Assembly (NCBI GenBank): GCA_965263355.1
Contig: CBDHHL010000032.1
Coordinates: 2,016,001-2,080,000 of the forward strand
Direction: 5' to 3'
DNA: 64,000 nucleotides
Origin: Leptolyngbyaceae cyanobacterium
GTDB lineage: Bacteria > Cyanobacteriota > Cyanobacteriia > Phormidesmidales > Phormidesmidaceae
How positions within the stretch are numbered: position 1 is the stretch's first letter; each line of letters starts with the position of its first letter. Shown here one piece after another: positions 20,401 through 32,300 of this stretch. The notes beneath the pieces were generated by a model, which was not told where the DNA came from, did not search any database, and worked only from the letters and a program-made list of their open reading frames with translations. The translations under genes and the position numbers were made by a program.

Positions 20401-22157
20401 GCTTCCCGAAACACCGGTTGAGTATCATAGAGCTGTCGACCCATGTTCAAGGACTGGGACCCTTGACCGGTAAACAAGTAGGCGATTTTAGGGCGTCCGG
20501 TTTCCGTCAATTGCCCCTGTATCAGAGCAGGGTTGTTGGGAAATGCAGCCAGTTGGTCCAACAGATCTTGGGTGGACTCGGTAACCACTGCGAGGCGATG
20601 GTCAAAGTCAGTGCGCCCAGTGTTTGCGGTGCAACAGATATCGGCCAAAGACTGTTCTGGATGATTGGGGATGTGCTGGGTGTAAGCCTCCACCAGTTCG
20701 GTTAGGGCCGTCTCACTTTTGGCCGATAGGGTAAATAGCTGAGTTGTTCGCTGAGGTGTTACCGGCTCTCTCTCGGGGGCTGCTTCCACCAAAATATGGG
20801 TGTTGGTGCCACTAAAGCCAAAGGAGCTTAACCCGGCAATGTGTTTATCATTGATGGGTTGCCAGGGGGTGAGCTGGGTGGGCACCCGAATCGCCAATTC
20901 ATTCCATGGAATCTGGGAACTGGGATTTTTAAGATGCAAATGGGGAGGAATCTCTTGATGCTGCAGGGAGAGTACCAGCTTAATTAAACCGGCCACCCCC
21001 GCCGCCGATTCTAAGTGACCAAAGTTTGTTTTGACTGACCCCACCACCAGGGGCCGATCGGCGGGACAATGTTGACCAAAAACCGCATCTAACGCCCTTA
21101 GCTCAATGGGATCCCCCAGGGACGTGCCGGTCCCATGGGCCTCAATGTAGCTGACCTGATCCGGGGTCACCCGAGCATTCTCCAACGCTCGGCGAATCAC
21201 CGCTTGCTGCGAAGGACCATTCGGTACCGTTAAACCACCGCTGCGGCCATCCTGGTTGACGGCGGACCCGCGAATAACGGCTAATACTCGATCATTATCG
21301 GCCAGGGCATCGCTCAATCGTTTGAGCACCACCACCCCGCAGCCTTCACCTCGGGCATAGCCATCAGCAGCCTGATCAAAGGTCTTGCAATGGCCATCTG
21401 GAGCCAGCATATGGGCCTGACATTCATTGATGGTACCGATGGGAGAGAGAATGTGATTAACGCCGGAGGCCAGGGCCAGGTTACATTCACCGGAGCGCAA
21501 ACTTTGACAGGCTAAATGGACCGCTACCAGGGAGGAGGAACAGGCCGTATCAATGGCCATGCTGGGTCCTTGAAATCCCAAGGTATAGGAGAGCCGCCCC
21601 GAGGTAACGCTAAAGGCATTGCCCGTGGCTGTATGGGCATCGATCAGGGGTAAGTCGGTGGCCAACTGGAAATAATCCAGATTCATAATGCCAACAAATA
21701 CTCCCGTTGGACTGCCGATGAGGGACTTAGGGATATAGCCTGCATGTTCCAGAGCCTCCCAACTCACCTCTAACAACAGTCGCTGTTGAGGATCCATGCT
21801 GACGGCCTCACGGGGAGAGATGCCAAAAAATAAGGGATCAAACTGGTCAACCTGGTCTAAATACCCGCCGTGGCGAACGTATAACTTACCCGGTTGCCTC
21901 TGGTCCGGATCGTAAAAAGTCTCCATATCCCAACGATCACTAGGAGTGGGACTGGTGGCATCGACACCATCGTGGAGCACTTGCCAAAATTCATCTAGAT
22001 TGTTGCTCCCTGGAAAACGGCAGCCCATGCCTACAATGGCAATTGGCTCTCGACGAGCCTGTTCACTGGCGTCTAGCTTGGCTTGCATGTCCTTGAGAGC
22101 AAGGAGGGCCCGTTTTGTTGGGGAGAGTCCGGTTTGAGCGTTTGCAGTCTGACTCAT
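17433..22157 (-). CDS. Modular type I PKS: KS-AT(malonyl)-KR-ACP
   Basis: DTACSSS, GHSIGE, HAFHS, GGFGSLG, YAAGN, LGLDSL; N-terminal docking helix. Confidence 0.95.
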   Translation of the reverse strand: MSQTANAQTGLSPTKRALLALKDMQAKLDASEQARREPIAIVGMGCRFPGSNNLDEFWQVLHDGVDATSPTPSDRWDMETFYDPDQRQPGKLYVRHGGYLDQVDQFDPLFFGISPREAVSMDPQQRLLLEVSWEALEHAGYIPKSLIGSPTGVFVGIMNLDYFQLATDLPLIDAHTATGNAFSVTSGRLSYTLGFQGPSMAIDTACSSSLVAVHLACQSLRSGECNLALASGVNHILSPIGTINECQAHMLAPDGHCKTFDQAADGYARGEGCGVVVLKRLSDALADNDRVLAVIRGSAVNQDGRSGGLTVPNGPSQQAVIRRALENARVTPDQVSYIEAHGTGTSLGDPIELRALDAVFGQHCPADRPLVVGSVKTNFGHLESAAGVAGLIKLVLSLQHQEIPPHLHLKNPSSQIPWNELAIRVPTQLTPWQPINDKHIAGLSSFGFSGTNTHILVEAAPEREPVTPQRTTQLFTLSAKSETALTELVEAYTQHIPNHPEQSLADICCTANTGRTDFDHRLAVVTESTQDLLDQLAAFPNNPALIQGQLTETGRPKIAYLFTGQGSQSLNMGRQLYDTQPVFREAMEQCDRILQPLLQGDSILSVIYPPAGESSPLNQTAYTQPALFAIEYALYKLWRSWGVKPDIVLGHSIGEYVAAYVAGVYSLEDGLKLIVERGRLMQALPAGGQMAAIIAPQEQVHQVIAAYEENIAIAAINGPQNIVISGVGDAVQAVLDQFVAQGIDVHPLHVSHAFHSSLMTPMLEAFQHQAAAITLNPPKIPMVSSVTGQLVTHEVTQPDYWRRQVRQSVNFATAMETFAQQGYDLFLEVGPHPVLLGMGRQCWASGQGTWLPSLRRGQAPWPHLLSSLGTLWCKGFTIKWSAVETTPQVPVSLPTYPFQRSRYWVEMANPAWTGSSAANGQSKRAIGLDNALYEILWQTASPVTDKAKSVTGHWLIFADRQGVGQALAHQLRTQGATCKLIYAHDSTESIEYTLNPAETENFAAQVQSLLAAQPCRGVVHLWSLDLDAADWADLEMAQVLSTSSIPPLVQALAQQTDVTPEIWLVTQGAQSLSPDQPVALAQSPLWGLGRVLPLEHPTLWGGLVDLDPAVDLLMSSADSLLRLIQSDAGEDYLAIRHGQIYTARLTPTTPSNALPFKPVANSCYLITGGFGSLGMAVAHWLVDQGATHLKLLGRTALPDRAQWLNLTANNKLAKRVQAVEALEAKGAQVDVLQADVSDWGQMVAAFEQLSQSDQTLKGIFHAAGVVAEQPLTDMSRQQLQDIMRPKLLGTWNLHKLSQAMPLEQFVCFSSIASVWGSFGQAHYAAGNAFLDAIAHHRRALGQPAVSINWGPWAEGGMASDEIQALLQRVGIEAWPPQAALELMAALMAQPKAQITAAQVDWTRFKPVYEIKGARSLLTNLGNAETNAETESVETGPSAFLQGLENIPASQRKAYLIDYLKGEVAHVLRLPPSTSIGIRQGFTELGLDSLMAVDLKGQLEKGFGKTLSSTLAFNYPDIESLADYLAREVLEIESVADVVEPVVEPVVETATELENLSEDELAALLDEELAAFSNP

Positions 22158-22252
22158 GGTTTCAGAAAAGAGCTAGGTAAAGGAAAGCGCCTAAATTTAG
22201 GTAAGTAAAACGGTTTAACAGAGCTAGATAACGGTCAAGACTCAATGGTTCA

Positions 22253-25200
22253 CTAAATGGCTTCCAGGGCCTCTAACAGCAGGGCTTCTGCCTCTGCTTC
22301 GGACAGATCTTCCACAGCTTCTCTGGACAGATCGCTGGACAGAACAGTGTCCTCCAGAGGACTGGCTGGCGTCAGGGAAGACGCTGGCGCGGCACTGGGA
22401 ACAGGCTCTTGATTGGGGAAGAGTATTTGGGCCAGGTGTTGGGCCAGGGCATCCAGGGTGGGATAGTCAAATACCAGGGTGGAGGATAGGGATTGCCCCA
22501 GGGATGTCTGCAACGTGTTGCGCAGTTCCACCGAGGTCAAGGAGTCCATGCCCAAATCAAAGAAGCCTTGGTGCAGGTCAAAAACATGGGTGGGACTCAG
22601 CCGTAACACTTTTCTCAGCTGGTCTTGTAAATGCTCTGAGAGTCCTGCAGCCCTCTCTTCAGCCGGTAGTTCAGCCAGGGCCAAAATGACCTCGGAGGGA
22701 CCACTGGCCGCTTGCCTAGTCAGTGGCAGAGATGGAGCTAGGGCCGACAACAGGGGTGAAATGGTGGGTGTTTGACTGAAAAACTGTTCCCAGCGCACGG
22801 GCATGACACCCACCTGAGCTGCAGGTTGTTGTAACAGTTGATCTAGGGCCTGGAACCCGGTGTCGGGCTCAATCATATCTAAGCCCATGGAGAGCAATCG
22901 CTGTTGTTCTCGTTCATCTAACTGGGCTGCCATACCGCCTGCTGCCCAGGTGCCCCAGTTGATACTTAGGGCAGGCAGTCCCAACCCCTGGCGATAGTAG
23001 GCCAGACTGTCTAGAAAGCTGTTGGCAGCCGCATAATTAGCTTGCCCCGGAGAGCCCAGCATGGCTGCCACTGACGAGAACAGCATGAAATAATCGAGGG
23101 AAAGATCTTGGGTTAGCTGGTGTAGATGCCAGGCCCCAGTAACCTTAGGTGCCATCACCCGATTAAATCGCTCAGGGGTTTGTTGAGCCAGTAAGGCATC
23201 GTCTAGCAAACCAGCGGCATGGAACACCCCCCGCAACGGTGGCAGACTTGTTTGGATCTCTGTTATCACCCGGCTGAGGTCGTCAACCTGGGTAACATCG
23301 GCCTGGAATACCCGCACGGTTACGTCAGGTCCTGTTGGCAGTGAGGCCCCATCAGCGGACCGACGGCTCAATAACACGAGATGTTTAGCGCCATGGTCAA
23401 TTAGATGTTGGGCCAGCTGGCGACCCAAACTGCCCAGACCACCGGTAATCAGATAGGTGGCATCTGCCGTTAGCGCTAACGGCTCGGCAGATGTGGCAGT
23501 GGCCCGAGTTAACCGGGCCACATGGCGTTGTTGTCGTATTGCGATCGCATCTCCCGTAGGAGCCAACAGTTCAGGCAGTAGCTGCTGGGCCTCATTTACT
23601 GGCGATGGCGCTGTAGCTAGGTCCACCAGCCCGCCCCAAATAGCAGGCTGTTCCAGGGCAATCACCCGTCCCAGACCCCATAGGGGAGCAGCGCCCACCT
23701 GGGCTACGGTGGTCTCCACGGCCTGGGTTCCTCGGGTCACAAACCAGAGTTTACCGCCTGTGCCACTGAGGGCAGCGCCAAGACCCTGGGCCAGGGTTAG
23801 TCCCGTGTGTACCACTCGCTGTTGAGTTTGGGTCAACGTCTCCCATGGGTCGGGTAAATCAGCCCCCCATAGATGAATGACCCCAGCCAGGGGCATGCTT
23901 TGACGAATAACGGTTTCAAAGAGCTGTTGCCAGTCTTCAGAACGTTGGGGATTCACCTGCCAGAGACTCCCCTCCAATTGCAGGGTTTCCCCAGCCCTAA
24001 TTTGGGTACAGCTATGGCCTTGCTGAGTCAGTTGTTGAGTCAGGGCCTCACCGACACCCTCCCCATCGGCTAACACTAACCAGTGACCATTGGCAGGGAT
24101 AACGCCGGACGGCTCCATGGCTGGCTGAGGCTGCCAATCTACCTTGTAGAACCAGTCTTGCCAGCTGGGTTGGGCCAGCTGTTGGAGAGTTTCCTTGCGA
24201 ATGCGTCGGACCTGGAGATTGTTCAAAATGGCTAAACAGTGGCCGGTCTCATCAAACAGATGCAGGTCTGCCTGACGAATGGGCTGTTCTGCCGCCGCCG
24301 GATAAATTTTGCCATGGATCCACAGGGGACCTCGAACCGGCTGAGCCAATGAGAGTTGTCCTAAACCGATGGGTAAGTAGGTCTCTTCGCCATTCTCTGG
24401 CAGGGTGGCAAACAGTAATTGGAACCCTGCATCCATTAGGACTGGATGGAGCTGATAAACGGCATCGGCGGGCACTCCTGCCGGGAGTTGTACCTGACCC
24501 AGGGCCTCATTGTCGTGTTTCCAGAGCTGCTGGATGCCCTGGAAACTGGGACCGTATTCTAACCCTCGCGATCGCAGCTGTTGATAATAGGCGGCTTTCT
24601 CCACCGGTTCAGTACAGCGGGCCTGGGCCTCTGCCAGGGTCAACGATGGCGTGAGTTTAGCCGTTGTCGCCAGGTTACCAACCGCATGCTGTATCCAGTC
24701 TGTGGAGCTGGATTGGCCATTAGATGTTCCGAGGGAGTCAGTACTGACAATCCGGAAGCTACCAGTGGACGAGACCACCATCTGCACATGGCGACTGCCG
24801 GATTGGGGCAGCACCATGGCGGTTTCAATGGAGATATTTTCGAGACCATAACTATCCTGGCCATAACTACCCTGGTCAGGGTATTGGATCGCGGCCAATG
24901 CCATTTCTAAATAGCCAGCCCCTGGTAGCACCACCAGCCCCGCCACCTGGTGACCCGCTAGCCAGGGCTGTTGCTCCAGACTAAGCTGCGCCGAAAAGAC
25001 AGTCTCATCGAGGGCAAGGGGAATCGGTTCAGCAATTAAAGGATGCCCTGGGTTAGTAACGGTTTCAACGGTTTTTTCGACCCAGTAACGTTCTCGCTGC
25101 CAGGCATATAGGGGCAGTGAGACAACTCGGCAGTCCGGTGGAAACAAACCATCCCAGTTTACTGACTGCCCTTTAACGTAAAGCTTGCCCAGCGTAGATA

Positions 25201-27408
25201 ACATGGTCGCCCGCTCCGGTTGGTCCGGCGATAGCGAAGGCAATACCGTTATCGTTTCAGTGGACTGCAGTTGAGATGTGGGGCTGATTTCCAGCAGGGT
25301 GGCATAGCCAGCTTCGGCAACGGCCCCCAGACTTGCAATTAAATCTCCAGACGCGGTCACTGTTTTCTCCCAGTGCTCAATCTCCAAGGGAGATTCTGTC
25401 AACCAATCCACAGCGACGGTGGAAAACAGCGGTAACTTACCTGGGGCAAGAATAGGCTCCTGTTTAAGAGAACCCCTATTCTCGTCTGACTGGCTGCGAT
25501 CGCAGACCAGCGCTACCGCATCCCGTAGCTTTAATCTACCGGCCACGTGAGCGGCTGTAATCTCTCCTAATCCATGGCCTACAACAGCTCGGGGTTCCAC
25601 TCCCCAATACCGCCATAGCTGGGCCAGGGCAAGTTGAATTGCAAACAGTGCAGGCTGAGCTATGGCCGGTGTCTGTAGACGAGAGGTCGAGACATCAGCC
25701 GTCAGTTCAGCTAATAATGACCACCCCGCACAGTCACGGATCAGAGCATCGCAATCTTTAAGCACCGCCCGAAAAACCGGCTCACTCTGCAATAGGGTTT
25801 TCCCCATACCGAGCCACTGGGTGCCTGTATCGGTAAACACAAAAGCAACCTTGGGTCCACGACGCTTGATGGGTAAAGCGTCGGCCACTTGCTCCAGCTG
25901 CTGTTTGAGATCATCGATAGAACTAGCCACCACCGCCAATCGATATTTTTGATGAGATCGGCGGGCACTGGCGGTATAACAAATGTCCTGCAGAGAGAAA
26001 TCAGCAGATGATTGTTGTTCCAGCCAGGTTTGATACGTTTTCGCCTGCCCCTGAAGTGCTTCAAGGGAATGGGCTGATAGGGGTAACAGCTGGATATCAC
26101 TGAGGGGGGATGACGTCGGCAGCTCAGCTGGAGCCTGTTCTAAGACCACATGGGCATTAGTCCCCGCAAAGCCAAAAGCACTCACACCGGCCTTAGCAAG
26201 TCTCGATGTTTGGGTCCAGGGGGTGAGGGTCTGTTGCACCTTAAAGGGCAATCGGTCAAAGGGAATGTGAGGATTGGCCCTGTCAAAATGTAAGCTGGGC
26301 GGAATATGGCCATGTTTGAGGGCCAGGGTGGTTTTAATCAAGCTGGCAATACCCGCTGCCGCCTCCAGGTGACCGATATTGCTTTTTACCGCCCCCAGGC
26401 TACAGGTGGCATCGGTCGGTCGCTGTTCAGTTAAAACATCCGCCAGGGCCATCACTTCAATGGGATCCCCCAAAGCGGTGCCCGTACCATGGGCTTCAAT
26501 GTAATCCACCTCCCCTGGCGCAATCTCTGCTTTGGTCAATGCTTCCCGTACCACCGCAGATTGGGAGGGACCATAGGGGACCGTTAATCCTTTACTACGC
26601 CCGTCGTGGTTAATGGCGCTGCCGCGAATGGTGGCGTAAATTGGATCACCATCCATCTGTGCTGGGAAAGCGGCTTGAGAATTACACAGCCAGCCCCTTC
26701 ACTGCGGACATAGCCATTAGCACTGGCATCGAAGGTCTTACAGCGACCATCGGGGGAAAGGGCCTTAAGTTTAGTCAGTCCCAAATTACCAATAGGGGAC
26801 AGAATAATATTGACGCCCGCTGCCAGAGCCAGGGTAGACTCCTGGTTCCAGAGACTTTGACAAGCCAGGTGAACGGCCACCAAAGACGAGGAACAGGCGG
26901 TGTCTACGACCAAGCTTGGCCCGCGAAAATTAAATACATAGGAAAGCCGACCGGCAACAATATTGAGGGCATTACCTGTTAAGTCATAGCCCTGGGGCTG
27001 GGTATCATAGTCCGACTCCACCCGGCTGTAATCATTGGTGGAGATACCGACAAACACTCCTGTACGAGAGCCTGCCAGGTCCTCCCGTACCTGACCGCCA
27101 TCCTCCAACGCCTCCCAGGCAACCTCCAAGAGCAATCGTTGTTGCGGATCCATGGAAACCGCTTCTCTCGGTGCAATCCCAAAGGGATGGGGATCAAATA
27201 AATCGACTCGATCTAAAAAACCACCGTAGCGGGAACAGATTTTACCGGGGACATCGGGATCGGGATCATAAAACTGAGATAATGGCCAACGGTCAGTTGG
27301 AATCTCTGTGATAGCATCGACGCCATCACAGAGCAGCTGCCAAAAGGCTTTGGGGTTAGGCGCTTGGGGAAAACGACAACCAATACCAATAATTGCAATG
27401 GGTTCCAT
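22253..27408 (-). CDS. Modular type I PKS: KS-AT(inactive)-DH-KR-ACP, interrupted by a 1-nt deletion near 26662
   Basis: KS N-half in ORF 26584..27408 (MEPIAIIG, DTACSSS), C-half in ORF 22253..26656 (HGTGT). One added G restores ILKPLSQAQMDGDPIY. AT GHGLGE; DH HQVAGLVVLP; KR LDD motif; ACP LGMDSL. Confidence 0.9.
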
Positions 27409-27460
27409 GGAATATGTGCACCTGTATGGACAGCAACAGTTTAAGGAGAGATTGTTACTC

Positions 27461-27730
27461 TTACGCGCTGATCTCTTCAGCTAGTCGTCCGGCCAGTTCG
27501 GCAATGGTGGGATAGTTAAAAATGATAACTGGGTTAAACTCATAGCCTAGCCAGGTTTCAAGCTGACCTAACATGCCCATAGCCTTAGCTGAATCAAGGT
27601 TGTAATTGTCAAAGGGCTCATCAATGTCGATGTCATCAGCATCTACATTTAAACGCTCTGCCATCTGAGCAATTAGCCAGTCTTGAATCTCTTCGGTAGA
27701 GCGGGATTGGGTAGTTTGAACAGAACTCAT
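27461..27730 (-). CDS. Stand-alone acyl carrier protein
   Basis: 89 aa, acidic, NLDS phosphopantetheine motif, FNYPTIAELA C-terminal motif. Confidence 0.92.
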   Translation of the reverse strand: MSSVQTTQSRSTEEIQDWLIAQMAERLNVDADDIDIDEPFDNYNLDSAKAMGMLGQLETWLGYEFNPVIIFNYPTIAELAGRLAEEISA

Positions 27731-27797
27731 GGGAATTTCTTTGAGTAAACAACAAAAAATTTGAAAGCGGTAAACCTATGCGCCCGACCCCAGACTG

Positions 27798-29360
27798 TTA
27801 AGCCAGGGGCACCGGCACATAATGGGTGAAATGAACCGGTAGCTGTAATCCCTGCAGTTGCAGATGATTTAGACGATACCGATAGGCAGCTCCAGTAATC
27901 AGATGATGGGCTACATCACTGACTCGACGGGCCGATGGCTGGGCCAGGTAGGTGTCTTTCACCCAGCTGTTAAATGCCCCCATCGCCGGACCACACCAAA
28001 TCTGGTAATCCATTTTGCGGTTGTCATCTCCCCGAATAGACCAGCGCGATGACAGCCCCAAATACCAGCGAAAGATCAGCGCCATTTTACGTTTGGGATG
28101 ATCTTTCGCCCGTTCAATTTGCTCGGGATCGCGCTGATTAAAATACTCAACGGTTTCTTGCCAAATTGTTTCTAGGGGTTTACCAAAAACCTGTTGTTCT
28201 AATTTTTGCCGCTCAGTGCTGTCAATCTCGTCAATGCTGTCATAGCGTTGGTAAAGCTCGTAGAGCTTTTGTGCCCGCATGGGAAACAATGTTCCCCGTT
28301 TGAGCAACTGTACCTTAACACCCATTTCGAACATATCGGAAGAGGGGGCCATGGTAACATCGGCCATGCCAATCTGGCTTAAGAGGTTTTTGGTGTGGTC
28401 TGAGGTCCCAGCTTCTGTACAAGATTGATTGACTGAGCCTGTCACCACATAGCTTGCTCCCATGGCAAAGGCTGCCAGGGCTGCATCAGGGGTGCCAATT
28501 CCCCCTGCCGCTCCCACCCGTACCGGGGTGGGGTAGCGATACTGTTGTTGGATTTGATCCCTCAGGGCCAGAACCGTGGGAAAGAGACACACCAAGGAGC
28601 GGTTATCGGTATGGCCACCGGAATCAGCTTCAATGGTAATGTCGTCCGCCATGGGCACCTGGGCCGCTAAGCTAGCCTGATGTTGGGTGATCTCCCCTTG
28701 TTCCAACAGTCCCTTTAACAGTTTTTCCGGAGCTGGTTGCAAAAACTGTTGGGCCACTTCTAACCGGGAGAGTTTGGCAATAACTCGGTGGCGACTGTGG
28801 ATGTTACCAGCAGCATCCAATTCCAGGCCAGAGACTCGATACCGGACTAAATCTGGGGTAAGGGAGAGAAACGCAGAGGCTTCAATGGTGGTAATCCCAT
28901 GCTTTAGATAGAGATCAACCGCACTGCGTTCTAAGGCGGCTTCACTGGGGCTGTGGATCAGGTTAAAGGCGTAGGGACCATTGGGCAGGGCAGTTTGGAT
29001 TTGTGCGATCGCAGCCTCAATCCGAGCGGGCACCAATCCAGCCGATCCAAAACTCGACAGAAATCCAGCTTTACCCAAGGCAATGACCATCTCAGCTGAC
29101 GAAATCCCATTGGCCATCGCCCCGGCCATATAGGCATAGCGCACCCCATGGGCGGCTCGAAACGCGGCACTACCCAGATGCTCTGGCGGTAGGGCAGGAA
29201 CAAAACACAGGGCTGACTCACCGGTTGCTAGCTGATGGGTAAAACCAATCTGTTGACCCTGTTTGACGACATAACAGGGGGCCGACAAGTTGTGCAGCCG
29301 GGTTTTGATATCCGCAGGACTGACGGCTAAGGAGGGTGGAGAGAGAGTGGAAACAGTCAT
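27798..29360 (-). CDS. pfaD: PfaD-family enoyl reductase of PUFA/Hgl synthases
   Basis: YMAGAMANGIS, EADSGGHTDNR, GAAGGIGTP, DYQIWCGPAMGAFN. Confidence 0.95.
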   Translation of the reverse strand: MTVSTLSPPSLAVSPADIKTRLHNLSAPCYVVKQGQQIGFTHQLATGESALCFVPALPPEHLGSAAFRAAHGVRYAYMAGAMANGISSAEMVIALGKAGFLSSFGSAGLVPARIEAAIAQIQTALPNGPYAFNLIHSPSEAALERSAVDLYLKHGITTIEASAFLSLTPDLVRYRVSGLELDAAGNIHSRHRVIAKLSRLEVAQQFLQPAPEKLLKGLLEQGEITQHQASLAAQVPMADDITIEADSGGHTDNRSLVCLFPTVLALRDQIQQQYRYPTPVRVGAAGGIGTPDAALAAFAMGASYVVTGSVNQSCTEAGTSDHTKNLLSQIGMADVTMAPSSDMFEMGVKVQLLKRGTLFPMRAQKLYELYQRYDSIDEIDSTERQKLEQQVFGKPLETIWQETVEYFNQRDPEQIERAKDHPKRKMALIFRWYLGLSSRWSIRGDDNRKMDYQIWCGPAMGAFNSWVKDTYLAQPSARRVSDVAHHLITGAAYRYRLNHLQLQGLQLPVHFTHYVPVPLA

Positions 29361-29368
29361 CGACTAAA

Positions 29369-32300
29369 CTAAGCCTCCTGAATGCAAAGGGCAATGTTTT
29401 GGATGGCATAAATGCGCATGGTTTCTTTCCATAGGCTGGCATCACCGATTAGGGTGATACGCCCAGCCTCACGTTGAACCTTGGAAACATGAACTTCTAA
29501 ATAGAGCGTTTGGTTATCGGGGGTAATCTGACCGCGATATTTCCAGGTAATGGCATGATTCAGGGCCTGGGCAAAGCGGGGGGACTTAAAACCCTGATCT
29601 ATGCCCTGGTGCAGGGCATACAGCTGCATGGCCTGCAAAATGGTCTCCACACCCAGGGCCCCTGGCATGACCGGATCGTTATAAAAGTGAAAGGGAAAAT
29701 ACCAGTTGCTAGACGAAATTGCTTTTTCGCCGTAGATATAGCCCTGCTGGTGCGTGCCCCCTCCCGGCACCACAATGGCGCGATCCAACAAATCAAAATA
29801 GCCGGTGGCCAGTCGTCCATGGGGTCGCTGGGCAGGAGCCTGGTAGAAACGTTGACGGATAGCTGCATCCTGGAGAATTAACGTCTCTCCTGTGGCCCCG
29901 GCTGACTCATACCAGGTGGGTTGAAGTTGATTGTTGTCCAAGCCTGACTGATTTGCCAACACCTGATCGCTAAAGTAGCCAAAGACCATGGTGCCGCGAT
30001 AGAACGGGTCTCCTTCACAGGAGAGCTGATAGGCAAAGGATTGTAAAATCGTCCCCTCTAGAACATGGGCGGAGGTTAACTCCACCTCATCGGTGATGGT
30101 TTTGCCTCGCAAATCAATCTCTTTGAGCACCGTGGCTTGGCCGTCAATATTGCGGAAATATAGGTCTTCCGAGGGTGACAATAGCGGTGTATCCAAATAG
30201 AGCCCTAGGAAAATGCAGGGCTGACCAGCGATCTCAATGTGGGCGCAGTAGGGGAGATGGGGGTAGTTGTTCTGTTGATAAAACCAGGCGTCAGGGGCAA
30301 CATCATACTCAGTGATGATCTTTGCCCCTGGTTTGAGCTGACGCTCAGCAGGCACCTCCAACACACGACTGACCAGCTGAAAGTCTCGATTGGGAATACG
30401 CACACATCGTCGCTGGTCAAACATGGCAAAATCAGGGCCTAAACAATCGGCCACTCGACCCATGGCCAGAGTCTTAAGGGACTGATCGTCAAAGGCAACA
30501 GGTTTGACGACCGATGGTTTGGGGACTGGCTGGGAAACCGGTTTACCGTAAATCTGTAGGCCGAGATTATCAATGGTGGCAATGACTTTATCACCCCAGC
30601 TTACGCGGATATTTGCGATCGCAAATGGACAAGGAACCAACCCAATTTGGACAATATCCACCTGGTAATGCAATGTCCCTGTTGCCGGGGTGACCTGACC
30701 TCGAAACTGAAAGGCCACTTTACAATCTGGCAGCGGTTGAAATGTGGCTGCCTGGGTCCGGGTTTGCAGCCCCAACCAAAGCAGATAGATCTGTAACAGT
30801 TGAGAGCCGCCTTCTACCATAAGACTCCCAGGCATCGTGGGGTCATTCTTAAAATGACACTGGAAATACCAATCGTCTGGTGTGACTACCTTACTGCCAG
30901 TTACCTGGCCCAACCCTGCGCCACCACCAGTCGCATCCAGAGTCAACACCTGGTCAACCATGAGTAATTGAGCCGGAGGCAGTCGCAGGGACGGGTTGTT
31001 GTCGTGACCATAGGCTGCCCCTAGAACAGCCAGGTTGCCCTGGCTTAACTGTAAAATTTCAGATTGGTTGAGGGCCACTTTCCCACTGTTGAGTAAGGGC
31101 AAAAATGGGTTTTCTGCAGCAGGTATCGCTTTGGGCTGACCAACAATTCCCTGGCCATCGGCCAGTTCCTCATCAGAAAATAACCCAGCACAGCCACCGG
31201 ACAACCGCATCCAACGGGTTCCATCCGCCCAACATTCACCTTCAAAAAAGATCAGCAGACTTTTAGTGGTCTTGACATGGCTGGTAATTTTGACCCGATA
31301 GCGCAGGGTTTGCAATTTCTCAGGCTGAACCGCAAAAAACTCAGAACATAGATCCAGCAGCCGAAACGATCGCTGACCAAGACTCTCAAAGTCACTCCCC
31401 AAATAGCTCAGTAGTAGCAACAATCCATGGCCGGCCTCAGCACAAACGCCAATGGGAACCTGACCGTCGACGGCGTACCAGGGGGTTGGGGGCAGGTCAT
31501 ACTCGGTCTCAACAACACCCGTTTTATAGTTACCCCGTTCGCCGGAGAGTTCAGTCACTCGGCTAACAAATTGATAGGGCGGACTCGGTAATCTAACCCG
31601 TCGCAAATAGCCATCGACAGTGGCATAATCAGGCCCAAACAATCGAGAAACTCGCTCTTCCGTAATCTCTGTAATCTCAGCTACCGTCAAAATTGCGTTT
31701 TTCTCTCTAGCCACGTTATCTCCAGAGGGTCGGGATAACGGTAATGAAATACGCTGGGGCAGCTTAGGTGGAGGCGTACTCTCTGCATACAGCGGTGAAA
31801 GATCTAGTGGAACACGGTGACTGACTAGCTGAGCAAGCACTTTAACAATGGCGGTGTAGTCATTTGTTCCCCGGCGATTAATGCCCACGACCGTATGGTC
31901 CTGCTGTGACAAAATTTCGCCAATCCAACGGGTACAGGTACCCCCAGACCCTAGTTCAATAAAGATGCGGGCCCCATCGGCATAAACCTGATTAACAAGT
32001 TTAGGGAAATCTAACGGCTGGCAGATACCGGTCGCCAGGTGATGGGCAATTGTCTCCTTATCAAGGGACAGAGGACGATTGTTCGCAGACGTATAAAATC
32101 TAATATCGGACGGGTTTAGGGAAGGGACATGATTGAGGGCAAACAGATCAGGGTACGCTGACGCCATTGCTTCACAGTGAAGTACCAAGTTTGCTGGCGA
32201 ACGGAATGATTCGCAGCCTAACGCAGCGATTACCCGCTGGCAGGCATCTGCCGTGCCGCCGATCACCACCTCTTGAGCCGTATTAATGTGGGTCAGATAA

